A program made the translations under genes and the position numbers. DNA of 64,000 bases from Takakia lepidozioides (Eukaryota > Plantae > Bryophyta): positions 4,905 to 68,904 of the forward strand of contig JAKLZA010000356.1 of NCBI GenBank assembly GCA_030704615.1. The letters are read 5' to 3'. The notes under the pieces were generated by a model. It had not been told where the DNA came from. It saw nothing but the letters and a program-made list of their open reading frames with translations, and did no database searches. This document shows, piece by piece, positions 1 to 12,756 of this stretch; position 1 is the first letter of the stretch; every line of letters begins with the position of its first letter.

Positions 1-344
1 GTGTAGAGGGCTGGAATAGGCTCTAAGACAGATGCTATGGCCAATGAGAGTGCTTGAATGAGTGCTCACAAGGGCTGGGAACCAGCAGGGCTTGGTTGTT
101 TGCCATTGAGTTTAGTGGCGTGTTTGGGGAGGCTAAGTGAGAAAGAAGGCTTGGTTTGTGGCAACCACCTCATGGCTTAGGGCTACTATGGTGGTGTGTG
201 GGAGCCGAAAGAGCAAGGATACCTTGCTGATTTCCTCACAGCCACCATAGCTCGGTGGAAAGAAGCCTAGAGTCCAAGAGACACAAACCCTAGCTTGGCG
301 TGGCTAAACCCCTTGGAGAAATGGCTAAACTGCCAGAGCGGCCA

Positions 345-1870
345 TGTGTGGGGCTGTGACAGGCTGTGGCAAGCTGTGACAGGCTGTGCCCTGTGCCCTG
401 TGGGGCTGTGACGGGCTGTGCCCAGTGGCCTGTGGGGCTGTGATGGGCTGTGGCAAGCTGTGATGGGCTGTGATGGGCTGTGACAGGCTGTGCCCTCTGG
501 CCTGTGGGGCTGTGACGGGCTGTGATAGGCTGTGGCAAGCTGTGACAGGCTGTGATGGGCTGTGATGGGCTGTGACAGGCTGTGCCCTGTGCCCTGTGGG
601 GCTGTGACGGCTGTGTCAGGCTGTGACAGGCTGTGCCCAGTGGCCTTTGGGCTTGACGGCTGTGCGGGCTGTGACAGGCTGTGCCCTTAGGCCTGTGGGC
701 TGTGTGACGGGCTGTGACAGGCTGTGCCCATGGCCTTGGGGCTGTGACGGGTGACAGGCGTGGCAAGCTGTGACAGGCTGTGATTGGGGTTGTGATGGGC
801 TGTGACAGGCTGTGCCCTGTGGCCTGTGGGGCTGTGACGGGCTGTGTCAGGCTGTGAGAGGCTGTGCCCAGTGGCCTTTGGGGCTGTGACGGGCTGTGCA
901 GGGCTGTGACAGGCTGTGCCCTGAGGCCTGTGGGGCTGTGATGGGCTGTGACAGGCTGTGGCGAGCTGTGACAGGCTGTGCCCATGGCCTTTGGGGCTGT
1001 GACGGGCTGTGAGGGGCTGTGACAGGCCGTGCCTGAGGCCTTTGAGGCTGTGACGGGCTGTGAGGGGCTGTGACAGGCCGTGCCCATGGCCTTTGGGGCT
1101 GTGACGGGCTGTGAGGGGCTGTGACAGGCCGTGCTTGAGGCCTTTGGGGCTGTGACGGGCTGTGAGGGGCTGTGACAGGCCGTGCCTGAGGCCTTTGAGG
1201 CTGCTGTGATGGGCTGTGAGGGGCTGTGACAGGCCGTGCCCATGGCCTTTGGGGCTGTGACGGGCTGTGAGGGGCTGTGACAGGCCGTGCCTGAGGCCTT
1301 TGGGGCTGTGATGGGCTGTGACGGGCTGTGACGGGCTGTGAGGGGCTGTGACAGGCCGTGCCATGGCCTTTGGGGCTGTGACGGGCTGTGAGGGCTGTGA
1401 CAGGCCGTGCCCATGGCCTTTGGGGCTGTGAGGGCTGTGAGGGGCTGTGACAGGCCGTGCCTGAGGCCTTTGAGGCTGTGAGGGGCTGTGAGGGGCTGTG
1501 ACAGGCCGTGCCTGAGGCCTTTGAGGCTGTGACGGGCTGTGAGGGGCTGTGACAGGCCGTGCCTGAGGCCTTTGAGGCTGTGACGGGCTGTGAGGGCTGT
1601 GACAGGCCGTGCCTGAGGCCTTTGGGGCTGTGACGGGCTGTGAGGGGCTGTGACAGGCCGTGCCCATGGCCTTTGGGCTGTGAGGGGCTGTGAGGGGCTG
1701 TGACAGGCCGTGCCTGAGGCCTTTGGGTTGGGGGCTGCGACAGGCTGTGCCCAGTGGCCTGTGGGACTGTGACGGCTGTGACCAGTGAGCTGTGTGGGCC
1801 TGTGCTGGTCTGTGGTGGCCCGTGTTGACCTGTGGACGGCCTGTGCTGACTCGTGGAGGCACTGGTGGAC
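345..1870. repeat. GCTGTG-based minisatellite (~10-bp units such as GGGCTGTGAC/AGGCTGTGAC; ~60-bp higher-order unit in the right half)
   Basis: Directly visible tandem repetition; it explains the repetitive minus-strand ORFs. It lies upstream of Gypsy gag and may be part of that element's 5' region. Confidence 0.9.
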
Positions 1871-2726
1871 TGCCTAAGGACTGGCATGTGGTCTGGAAGG
1901 CCGAATTTTGAAGCTCGTGGAGGGCGGTTTGAGGAGTATCTTCATGATATTCCCATGGTCATGCAAGTGAGGGTAGAGAGGAGAGGCAGAGTGTTGGGAT
2001 GAGAGCATGCTGGGGTTAGGCATTGCTTTAGCTTCTCTTCCTCGTAGTTTCCACCCTCTCATTAGGCCAAGACCTTTCCGTAGGTGGAGGCAAGAGTCAG
2101 TCCGGGTTTGGGCTGGGGTGTCCTTGCAGGAGCAACACCGTGGAGTTGTTTTTGGTGTGGGGGAGTTGTCGATCTGATTTCTTGTGTTTGGATCCCCTCC
2201 ATACCTGCATGCTTGACTGTGCGCCATGCTAGTTTTGTGTGGGCGCTTGTTTTTATAGGTGATTGGTCCGGATTTGATCACCGGCCAGTCCTAGAGCATG
2301 CTGTCGATGGTGAGGCTGGGGTGATGACCAGCCAGACCATCATTGTTTCTCCTGTGGTGAGGTTGGAGGTGATGACCAGCCAACCATAGGAGTGCTTGCG
2401 GTGGATGCAGGTACAGGTGTAGGCTATGTTAGGAACTTAGTATTCCAAACCATAAGCCGCAACAGGTTCTCTACCCGGTTACCTTGTGGAGAGGGGGTTA
2501 GGGACATGTTCATGACCGGTTGAGTGTCAACACGGAGGTGCCACTAGTTGCTGGGGACAGTGCCGGTTCGAGCACTAGCGATACTAGTGGGTACACGAGA
2601 CGAGGTGTGCGGTTTAGGCCACCTTCACCTCCTGTGTCTTCTACGGAAGGTTCTGATTCGGATTGTGAATCAGGAGGACTCATACCGGCGGTGCAAGTTG
2701 TTTCTTTGCCATTGTTGTGGGACACA

Positions 2727-3952
2727 ATGGAGGAGATGTATGGAGCTACCAAGGGGCCACGAAGGTACTCTGGGGCGGTGGGCACCATCGAGTTGGATGA
2801 TTTTATCCAAGAGTTTGATAGTTGGTGTGATTTGCAGCAAATGCGCAATCCACAACTATTTACGCCTTTCATGGCATGGAAGGGCTGTTTCAGCACCTTG
2901 AGGGGCCGCCTATGGATGATTACCATGAGTTCAGGCGGGGGCATGAGGTTGAGATCGAGGAGTGGAGGATGTACTGGTCACCCGACTATGTCTCCATCAC
3001 TAGGGGCACTAGAGCCACGAGGGCAGTGGCTACACCTGCCGCTGCACCGGCAGCTTCAGCAAGCAGCAGTGGGACTGGTGGTACAGTAGCTACGACGTCC
3101 ACCCAAGCCACTACCGCACCAGCACTAGCACCCGTGCCTGCCTTCAACCCTGTTGTGGAGTTCTTCGAAGAGTTGAGAGGGAACTACCAAGGGGTGAGGA
3201 CAGAGAAGTTGCGGAGCTTGCAAGAGTTCCAACGGAAGCCGACCGAGAGCTTGAGGGAGGCTTTCACTCGCATGAGGCGCTTGATAAATGTAACCCAAGG
3301 GGTTACGGAAGCTCAGGCAGTCCAATTCTGGTATGGGATATTGGACAAGGAGCTGAGGAGAAGGGTGCGGGATGCAACTCTCCTACAAGCGGCCCAACCC
3401 ACCTTAGCAAATGTGTTTTTGCTGGCAGAGCGGATAGAGCTCAACATGGTGGAGGAACGAGTGGTCATGGTGGGATTTGCTAAGGAGACACCACGGGGTA
3501 GTGGTGCTCCTAGCCAACCACTACCTCAACGTGCTCAAGGCAACAAGGGGGCTCAGGTGAAGCTCAGGGAAGGGCAGAGAGGACCTCAGATGCAGGGGTC
3601 TCTCCCTTCATTTGCTGGCCAACAACGGGCGGATGTGGTGTGCTGGACATGTGGAGGACCCCATGTCAAGAAGGATTGTCCAGAGGGAGGCAAAGGGCCG
3701 GCACATGCACAGCCTGCACAGTTACAGTGTGGGCATTGTGGCAAACACGGGCATGGAGAGGCTCAGTGTTATGGTTTGCATCCTGAGTTGCGCCCAGGCC
3801 AGTTCCAAGGGAACAATGGTGGCCGGGGGCGAGGTGGAGCAGCCCAGAGGGACGAGGTGGCCAGCCACGAGGCCAAGGGCAAGCTCAACGTGGCCAAGGA
3901 CGCGGAGGTCAGGGTGTTGACCAAGGCATGGCCAACCGGCTTCAGCAGCTAG
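2727..3952 (+). CDS. gag: Gag of Gypsy copy A (frameshifted), two zinc knuckles
   Basis: FQRKPTESLREAFTRM (major-homology-like), CWTCGGPHVKKDC and CGHCGKHGHGEAQC; 1-bp shifts near 2880 and 3850. Confidence 0.85.
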
Positions 3953-5073
3953 AGCAGAGGCTCGCTGCCATGGCTACAGCTCAGGTGGTACCGGCTCTAA
4001 GGCCGGATGGTCCACCTCCTGCTCCTGAGGGAGGAGATATGGGAGGCATGGGATTCATGTGTGGAGCAGCACTACCACTAGTGCAGGTGGAGTCTGCTGC
4101 AGCCGTGACTCGAGGAGCAGCACGAGTTCCTGAGCCACGAGGTGCAGAGGTGGAGTTGGATCCACAGCGTGGGGAGGCAAGCCGTCAGGCTAGGCTTCCT
4201 CAGTCATTCACATTGGCGGAGACAGTGTCGACGCCATCCATGGCACCTAGTTCTCGCCCGACTGTTACCGAGGCGGAGGTTACTATGCCATTGGGGAGAG
4301 CTACACGGGTAGCACCACTACCTAGTGTTGCCAAGGCTACGGCAGCTAGTGTGCTGCTAGGAGCGGCCACATCTGTGTGCCAGGCTCCATTGTTCTCGGC
4401 TACCATGATTGCGACGCCGGGGGTAAGACCAGCTGAGGTGTTCAGGCTGGCAGCTACACTCTGTGAGAGTGGGGAGGTTACTTCATCTTCTGCGGAGATA
4501 GTGGGAGGTGTAGTGCCGGAGGGATCCTCGGATTTGAGGGTCAAGACTGCCACGGCGGCGCCATGGCAAGCTGCAGCTGCCAGGTTGATGGAGCTGCCAG
4601 CTAGGCCAGCCATTGAGCGCGCCATGGTGACACCTGGAGTTGTCATGTTAGACAACCAGGATGGCATTTTCTGTTTGAGTGGACCGGCAGGCAAGAGGTA
4701 CCGGCCACTGCGGGTCTTGTTGGACTCGGGAGCTCAGCCATTGATGCTGGGCAGAGCTGCTATTGCAGGCTTGGGCCTCACGGAGGCGGATATGGAGCCT
4801 TGTCCTTTCCAGATACAGACGTCTTTGGGAGGATCGGAGCAGGCTCGGGGCATGACACGGCGTGAGTTGGCTATCAGACTACGGCCGGATCACCCTACAG
4901 ATGGCTCAGTGATGCGAGCCAAGGCCATTGTGACAGACGCAGTCTCATACGATGTCCTGGTTGGTGGGGCAGTGTTGTACCCATGGGCTTCACCCTGGAT
5001 TTTTGGGAGGAGTCAGCTTCCTATAGGCCTGCATGGCAGTCAGGGGAGGGCCGGCGTGTGCAGCTCCCTGTGA
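3928..5073 (+). CDS. Linker plus retroviral-type aspartic protease
   Basis: VLLDSGAQ active site and YDVLVGG C-terminal motif. Confidence 0.85.
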   Translation: MANRLQQLEQRLAAMATAQVVPALRPDGPPPAPEGGDMGGMGFMCGAALPLVQVESAAAVTRGAARVPEPRGAEVELDPQRGEASRQARLPQSFTLAETVSTPSMAPSSRPTVTEAEVTMPLGRATRVAPLPSVAKATAASVLLGAATSVCQAPLFSATMIATPGVRPAEVFRLAATLCESGEVTSSSAEIVGGVVPEGSSDLRVKTATAAPWQAAAARLMELPARPAIERAMVTPGVVMLDNQDGIFCLSGPAGKRYRPLRVLLDSGAQPLMLGRAAIAGLGLTEADMEPCPFQIQTSLGGSEQARGMTRRELAIRLRPDHPTDGSVMRAKAIVTDAVSYDVLVGGAVLYPWASPWIFGRSQLPIGLHGSQGRAGVCSSL

Positions 5074-5233
5074 CGTTCATAGGAGGAGTTGCGGTTGCCC
5101 AGCGAGGCAAGATGCCGACACTAGCAGCATTCACAACGGCAGTGAGTTGGCCTAGAGAGTTGCTTGAGGGCAATGCTCATTCAGAGGATGTACCACCTCC
5201 GGGAGAGCAGGATGACATGTATGGTATGGCGGA

Positions 5234-6420
5234 TTGCCTACCATGGTTGCTCAGACTCCATTGTGGGGCACGAGCAAGGATTTGCAGCGGGATGCTGATC
5301 GACGGGTGCAACAAGCCTGGGTGGAGGCTTTTGTACCGTCAGGAGAGGAGGAGAGTGTGGGGATTGCACCAGGACCACCTCAATTGTCTCCATTGGACAC
5401 CACACCTATTGTGTGGCAGTATCCGGATGAAGGCATTTGTCTTCTGGACTTGTTTGGCGGGATCAGCACCGGATTGGCTGTTGTGTTACAGGCAGGTGTA
5501 CGAGTTCGGCATTACCTGTATGTGGAGAGGGATGAGACTGCACGACGCGTTTCACTTCGCCATGTTGCTCAGTTGGTGCAGCGGTACCCTGAGTTGTTGT
5601 CGGTATCTGCAATTCGTGGATATCAGCAGGCCTTGCCAGCAGACATTTCGTTGCTGGGGGCGCAGGATTTGGAGCGGGTTGGCTCCATTGATCTGGTAGT
5701 GGCAGGTTGGCCCTGCCAAGGGCATTCATCAGCCGGGCATGGCAATGGATTGCGAGACTCAAGGTCGGGTCTGTTTTGGGAGATGGTGCGGGTTTTGCGC
5801 CACTTGCAGCTTCATCAAGCTGTATCTCCAGCATACATCTTGGAGAATGTGCCACTGATGGGCGATTCTCGGGCCAGGGTGATGGCCAGTGTGCATCAAG
5901 TCCGGTCGTGGCTTGGGTCAGCAGTGTTGCTAGATGCAGCTACAGTGGGGTCACGAGCTCATCGTCCACGGCTATGGTGGACTAACTTGATGCCACCCGC
6001 ACTGCTCAAGCGTGCATTTGATGGGGTGCAGCGGCCAGCACATCTCACAGTGGATAACATTCTGGACACAGGGAGGCAGTCTCAGCGTGTGAGACACGAT
6101 GACTGTTCGCCTTTGGCAGTGGTCAACAAGGTGGGTCAACCACGGGCAGCATTACCTACACTGCTCAGCTTCCCAGGATCGCATGCTTTCCGGGATAGTG
6201 GACCTGGCCTCCTGTGGGATGCTCAGTTGCAGCAGGTAGTGGAGCTGACGAGCGTGAGCGGGCAATGGGTTTTACCACTGGTACCACGGCGGTGTCGTCT
6301 CTTTCTGAGGCATCACGTCGTCAAGTGTTGGGGCAAGCAATGGATCTCAATTGCTTGACCTGGATTATCAGCTTGGCTCTAGCTGAGCAACGCAGAGTGC
6401 GGAGTACACTTCCCTCAATG
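5234..6420 (+). CDS. C5 cytosine DNA methyltransferase domain (DNMT3-like) inside Gypsy copy A
   Basis: Motifs I LLDLFGGISTG, II YVERD, IV AGWPCQGHS, VI YILENV, VIII RAHRPRLWW, then IX ERERAMGF and X QVLGQAMD after a frameshift near 6245. Confidence 0.92.
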
Positions 6421-6675
6421 GTCTCTCTGCCTACCGAGACGGTTCAAGCAGTGAGTGGGGCGAGCATGTGAGGACCACGGGGTGCATGCATCCATGGCAC
6501 ACGTGGGAGGTGCTCGAGGGTTCAGAGGGAGTTGGCAGCCAAGGCGGCTGTGATAGATGAGGTTGGGGATTCTTCTCGGGTTGAGGAGGTCCTCAATGAT
6601 GAGATGATGGGGCAGGATGAGGTCTTGTCATTGACTGAGCAGGCAGGGAGTACTGCTCAAGAGGTTGCAGCATAG

Positions 6676-8276
6676 CAACCACGGGACGCGTTCTCTACCT
6701 CTAAGCCCACTGGACTTAAGGTTGTAGTTACGGAGGACAATTGGGAGCCTGACATTGGACCCATTGTCACCGGAGGAGAGAGACGACGTATACGGCGGTT
6801 CCTGAGGGCTTACAGGAATTGCTTTGCCTTCAGTTTGAAGGACTTGGGAGCACTGAAGGGTCAAGAGATCCGTATTGAGTTGGCCACTGACACGCCAATC
6901 TTTCGGAGACCCTATAGATACAGTGACATGGAGAGGTCTTTGATTCAGATGAGGACTCAAGATCTCTGGGAGGCAGGTTTGGTGGAGCTCTCTGGTGGAG
7001 AGTATGCTTCAGCCACAGTGATGCCAGCCAAGAAGGATGTCTATGGCAAGTGGACGGAGAGACGTATGTGCGGTGATTACCGGCCTGTAAATCGTCAGAC
7101 CAAGTCCGATAAGTATGCCATGCCAACACCAGAGGAGATCTTTGATGCCATCGGGCATGCTAAGGCCTTTAGCACTTTGGATTTACGATCCGGATATCAC
7201 CAGTTGCCAATCAAGGAGGCGGACAAGCAGAAGACGACATTCTGGGGGATCAATGAGCACGGCAAGGATTGCCTATATCAGTGGCGGTTCTTACCATTTG
7301 GGCTTAAGAATGCTCCTGCAGAGTTTCAGAGAGTCATGGATAGGATTCTAGCAGGGGTGGACTTTGCTCGGTGCTACATAGATGACATCATCATCTTTAG
7401 TGTTACGATGGAGGAGCATGAGAGACACCTTCAGATGGTATTGGAGCGCTTGAGAGCGCACGGATTGAAGTTGCATCCGGGGAAGTGCAAGTTTTTCCAC
7501 AACCAGATTGAGTATCTGGGTCACATGATATATCCTGGAGGATTGGGGGTACAGCAAACTAAGGTAGAGGCCATTGCACAAATTCCACGCCCCACGGATG
7601 TGAGCCGAGTTCGAGCTTTCATGGGGTTGGCAAACTATTATAGACGGTTTGTCAAGGGATTTAGTACCATTGCAAAGGCTCTAACCAAGCTGACCAAGGT
7701 GGACCAGGAGTGGCAGTGGGAAGATGAGCAGGAACGAGCTTTTCAAGAGCTCAAGGCGAGGTTGACCTCGGCGCCTATCTTGAGACGACCTATCAGGGGG
7801 CGTCCTTTCAGCTGCATACGGATTGGAGCATGCTGGGGCTTGGAGCGGTGCTCACACAGGTGGATGATGAGGGAAGAGAGTTCGTAGTGGCTTACGCTAG
7901 CCGCTCGAACAACGCTGCAGAGGCTAAGTACAGCTCATATGAGGGAGAGTGCTTAGCTGTAGTGTGGGCCGTGGCACACTTCAGGTGCTATCTATACGGC
8001 AATCTTTTCACCCTTGTCACGGATCACCAGCCACTCAAGTGGTTGATGGAGTCAGACAAGCTTACGGGGAAGCTTGCACGGTGGGCACTTATACTCCAGG
8101 AGTATGACTTTCAGGTTGTGCATCGACCGGGTTTGGTCAATCGGGATGCGGATGGATTGAGTCGCAATCCATGCATGAGCCAGCAGGATGACACTGGAGC
8201 TCGGTGGCATGGGGAGACGGACGAGGAGATGGTGCCGGGATGGCACGCATCTGCATTTTTGTGTATCTTGGCATAG
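6676..8276 (+). CDS. pol: Reverse transcriptase and RNase H, Gypsy copy A (frameshifted)
   Basis: RMCGDYRPVN, LDLRSGYHQ, LPFGLKNAP, YIDD; RNase H AYASRS, TDHQPL, ADGLSR. Confidence 0.95.
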
Positions 8277-8303
8277 GGAGGTCAGATTGGACCTACAATA
8301 GGG

Positions 8304-9806
8304 ATGACTGTAGACGGAGTGTCTGAGGACCCTGAGGCTAGTGATGAGCTAGGTGGTGCCAGAGATATACATGAGGATTCGGCTGTGTTGGACTACCTCC
8401 GCACGGGAGACACGGCAGCCATTGTGACTGCCAGGGAGAGGGATCGGATCCTGCAACGAGCCAAGAGGTTCAATGGGAGGGGATACACCTACTTCGAGTG
8501 TGGGAGAATGGTCGGGTGAGGATTGTGCCTCACCCCACACAGCGTGCACGGTTAGTGCGGCATGCCCATGAGGAGTTGGGGCATTTTGGAGTGCGACGCA
8601 CTCACAGTTTACTGCAGGGGCAGTATTGGTGGCGTGGTATGCATACAGAGGTGCGACAGTTCGTGGCTAGGTGCATGGTGTGTGACAGGGTGCGTGCTTC
8701 ATTCAACGCCCCTACACCACAGTTGCATCCTTTACCAATCATGGGATTGGGCTACAGGTGGAGTCTTGACTTCGCAGGACCGTTGCCACTGACTATGCGC
8801 CACCACAATATGTGTTGGTGATGGTGGAGCACTTCTCCAAGTGGATTGAGTTGGTTCCATTGCCTGACAAGGCTAGTGAGGGGGCTGCGTATGCATTCTT
8901 GGATCGTGTGCTTAGCCGATTTGGTGCTCCAGCTGAGGTACTCACGGACCAAGGGAGAGAGTTTTTGGGGGAGTTTCAGGCTTTGTGTGATAAAGCCTTG
9001 ATAGACCACCGCACCACTTCTCGGGATCATCCTGAGGCCGATGGCTTAGCAGAGAGAGTTGTTCAGACGGTGAAGAGGGGTTTGCGCAAGTATGGCTTGC
9101 AGAAGGACACCTAGGAGATTGGGATCTTCAGGTTCCTTGGTTAGCCATGGGCTAAAGGTTCAGCAAACAAGCATCACTTGCCTCCTTCTCACCATATTTC
9201 CTTCTCTTTGGCCGAGAGCCGGATTTGCCTGCAGCCATTCGTAGGGACACTGCTCAAGTCCTTAACCTTGACGATCCGGACGTGTGGGTACGTGCATGTG
9301 ATCAGCGTGCAGAGTTGTTCAAGAAAGTCATGCCCATGGCTTTTGAGAACCTTGCCATTGCACAGCACCGTGATACGTTGAGGTATGCCACTATACGTGG
9401 TGGAGGATATCGTCCTGGGGTTCGGAGGTTTAGCCCTGGTGACTATGTTTATTTGCAGCAGACTGCTCCTACGACTCTGGATGTTACTGCAGGGCGTGTT
9501 ATTCTGAGGGTTCGAGAGGTGTTGCCCTCAGGGGTCCTGATCTTGGAGGGTCGGGATGGCATGACTTGGAAGGACCATGTGCGTAATTGTGCGCCATGTC
9601 ACCTTCCCAATGTCGATGGCAGAGTTGACCCAAACTTGGCAGTGGTACCTGCAGGTTTGAGGTGCATGCTTTGTGGGTCTGCCAAAGGGGCAGCCACCAT
9701 GCTGGTGTGTGATCGATGCTCAAGGGGTTGGCATATGGGATGCTTGACACCACCTCTTGAGAAGGTTCCTGACGGAGATTGGTTGTGTCCACACTGCTTG
9801 GGATAG
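8304..9806 (+). CDS. Integrase with C-terminal PHD finger, Gypsy copy A (frameshifted)
   Basis: HEELGH..CMVC zinc motif; SLDFAGP / TDQGREF / GLAER DDE triad; CMLC..CDRC..H..C..CPHC (C4HC3). Confidence 0.92.
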
Positions 9807-10066
9807 TGGCAGTGGACATGACTGGAGGCAGCTAACAAGACATGGGAGGCCAAGCTCATAGGAGTCAATACATGAGATCCCAAGCTCAAGTTCACAGGTT
9901 GCAAGACGGCGACTAATGATGGGGCAACTCTTGCACCCGGCCTCTTGATCTATCGAGTTTGAGTGTAGTAGGGATAATGGTGGAGGACTTAGTGAGGCTA
10001 TGGTCACTATCACATCTTGTGGCTACCTGGACTTAGAGGGACCTAAGCACCAGCTAGGGGGGCAAT

Positions 10067-10254
10067 TGTGTGGACTAGTGACTGCCATAGTGGGCAGCAT
10101 AATGGCAGCCTAGTGACTGACTAGTTGTAGCCTAGTGGTTGGACTAGTGGCTGGACTAGTGGTGGACTAGTAGTATACTAGTGTGTGGTGTGCACATGTG
10201 TTGTGTGGTTTTGGACAGCGATGTAGTTGTGTAGCGATATGTATGCGCACGACA
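10067..10254 (+). repeat. Truncated 3' LTR (first 188 bp)
   Basis: Nearly identical to the start of the full LTR at 29848; breaks after GCACGACA. Confidence 0.9.
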
Positions 10255-12377
10255 CCTTTCTTCTGCAACCATAGAACCAAATCCCCCGTCTTAAAAGTTT
10301 TTAACTTGCCTTCATCAAACTGTTCCTTTCGCTTCATCTGAATTTTGGTCATATTATCAGCTGCATCAGCACGTACTTCTTCCACATGGTATAATTCATG
10401 TTTCCTGACCTTGATGGAGTCTTGCAATTCTATTCTTTTTCCCCACTCCGTTCTCATGGTAGGTAACAGGAATTCCACTGGAAGTAAGGCTTCCATACCA
10501 TAAACTAATTGGAATGGTGTATACTTAGTGGTGACTTTATATGAAGTCCTGTTTGACCACAAAGCTGTCAGCAGCTTTGTATCCCAATCCGTTCTGTTTG
10601 CATTGACTATCTTAGCCAAGATAGTACATAGTATTTTGTTGGTAGCCTCTGCCTGCCCATTACCCTGTGGGTAATATGTTGTACTCTTTCTATGCACAAT
10701 CATAAACTCTTTAGTCAACAACTCAATGGTCTCATTCATGAAGTGACTTCCCTGATCACTGATAAATTCTAAGGGACAGCCAAATCGTGTAAGTATGTTC
10801 TCGTACAGGAACCTTGCTGTGGACTTGGCTGTGTTGTCCCTCAAAGCTTTAGCTTCCACCCACTTTGTAGTATAATCAGTGGCTGTAATTATGTACCTGT
10901 TTCGTGTATTTTTGGATGGTGGGTTAATTGGTCCAACAAAGTCTAGTCCCCATTTCTGAAATGGTTCCGTAGGCATTGTAGGATGCAAGGCCATCCTTCC
11001 AGATCTCTGCAAAGGTCCTAGCCTCTGACATTCATCACACTTCTGACAATACTCGTGTACATCTTTGAACAAAGTAGGCCACCAGTATCCTGCGAGTAGT
11101 ATCTTTCTACTGGTAGTCTCTTCTCCAAAATGACCTCCAGCCACTCCTTTATGAACTTCCGCCAAAACTTTATTTACTTCATGGTGGTACAAGCATCGTT
11201 TTAGTACTCCATCAGGTCTTAACTTATACATTCTGCTTCCTACCATAGTATAAGGTAAAGCTTTGATAGCGATTCTCTTCCTCTGCTCCTTACCATAACT
11301 AGGTGGGCACTGACCATGAGCAAGGTAGTATCTGATTGGCCACTGCCAATCTAACCAGTCATCTGCACTTCCCTGCACCTCCACTGCAAAGAGACTCGCA
11401 TCTGGTAATTGATCATCTATTCCTGTGGCTGGTTCTCCTGTTGACAATCGTGACAAATGATCCGCCACAAGATGCAGTCTCCCAGGCTTGTAAACAACCT
11501 CGAACTCAAACTCGTGCAAGATTATCAACCATCTTGCTATTCTTCCGCTTATCAAAGGTTGTTTACCAGGTATATCAGAGCCTGGTGATCCACATAGAAC
11601 ATAAACTTCTTGCCCAACAGGTAATGCCTGAATTTCTTCACTGCATAGATCATTGCCATCTTTCTGTTGTGCTATAGTTCCTTTCAGCACTGTTCATCAA
11701 CCGGCTAGCATAGTACACACGTGAATCTATATTCCCTGTAACATTCTGGGCTAACACCGCTCCCAACGCTTCTCCTGATGCATCGCAGTGAACATGGAAT
11801 ACTACATGCCAGTGAGGGTTAATCAGCACAGGTGTAGTTGTTACTGACAGTGTAAGTTCCTCAAATGTCTGTTGACATTCAGCTGTCCAGGCAAACACTG
11901 CATCTTTCTTCAGTAGTTTGCTCAATGGTGCTGCTATTTGTGCATACCTTTTGACAAATCTCCTGTAATAACTGGTTTGCCCAAGGAATCTCCGTAGACT
12001 TTTAACATTCACTGGTGGTGGAGAGGCTTTAATGGACTCTGTCTTTCTGGGATCCACAAGGAGTCCCTTCTTACACACAATGTGTCCCAGAAGCACCCCT
12101 GAGTTCACACAGAAAGTACACTTCTCTGGATTCAGGCCCAGACCTCTCATCCTGCATCTGGCCAAACATAACTCCAATTTATGCAAGTGCTCACTCTTAG
12201 AGCTGTACACACTGAAATCATCCAAGAATACCTGCATGAAATCATCCAGATACTCATGAAAAGATTCACTTATCACTCTCTGAAAGGTCGCTGGTGCATT
12301 ACAAAGTCCAAAGGGCATGACTTTGTATGCATAAGCCCCCCAGTCTGTGATGAAAGCTGTTTTCCCTTGGTCTTCTT
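10255..12377 (-). mobile_element. Internal fragment of a second Gypsy family (partial RT-RH-IN), copy A
   Basis: MPFGLCNAP, FLDDF, HCDASG, GGHF..CQKCDEC, WGLDFVGP, ISDQGSHF, GQAE; truncated at both ends. Confidence 0.92.
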
Positions 12378-12756
12378 CTAGGGGTTGAGACTTGACCCTA
12401 TGTTTGTGAGTGCCTTGAGCGCATGCTTGCCCATAGTGAGCAAGATTTTTGTCGCTAAACAAGGAGAAGCAAACATAAAAAAGCTTACGGTTGGAGCGAA
12501 AAGTGCCTCATTCTTCAATTAGAGAACCTTATCTCGTGAGGGCGGGAGTCCTTGCATAAGACATAATAGTCTTATAGCATCCCTTTAGGCACGATAGGCG
12601 CACTTTGTATGCATTTGTCTTGGTTTCCATTGCATTTGTATTTGGGTCCTAACCGGCCCCCCTTAAAATTTACTGTGTCTTTTTCCAGTATTTTTTTTAC
12701 TTTTTGTTACCTTTGCAAGCCTTTGTTGACCACCCTAAACCCTAAACTCTTTTTCC

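Larger units (their letters stand above)
2520..10254 (+). mobile_element. Ty3/Gypsy LTR retrotransposon, copy A (gag-PR-DNMT-RT-RH-IN-PHD); 3' LTR truncated, 5' LTR not seen
   Basis: Domain order PR-RT-RH-IN; purine tract AGGGGGG at 10056-10062; LTR start TGTGTGG at 10067. Confidence 0.93.

Noticed and set aside
290-1887. Three long overlapping minus-strand ORFs
   Set aside because: Stop-free translations of the minisatellite; no domain signal.
12378-12462. N-terminus MFSDKNLAHY... of the 270-aa minus-strand RT ORF
   Set aside because: Chimeric read-in from antisense PLE sequence across the junction.
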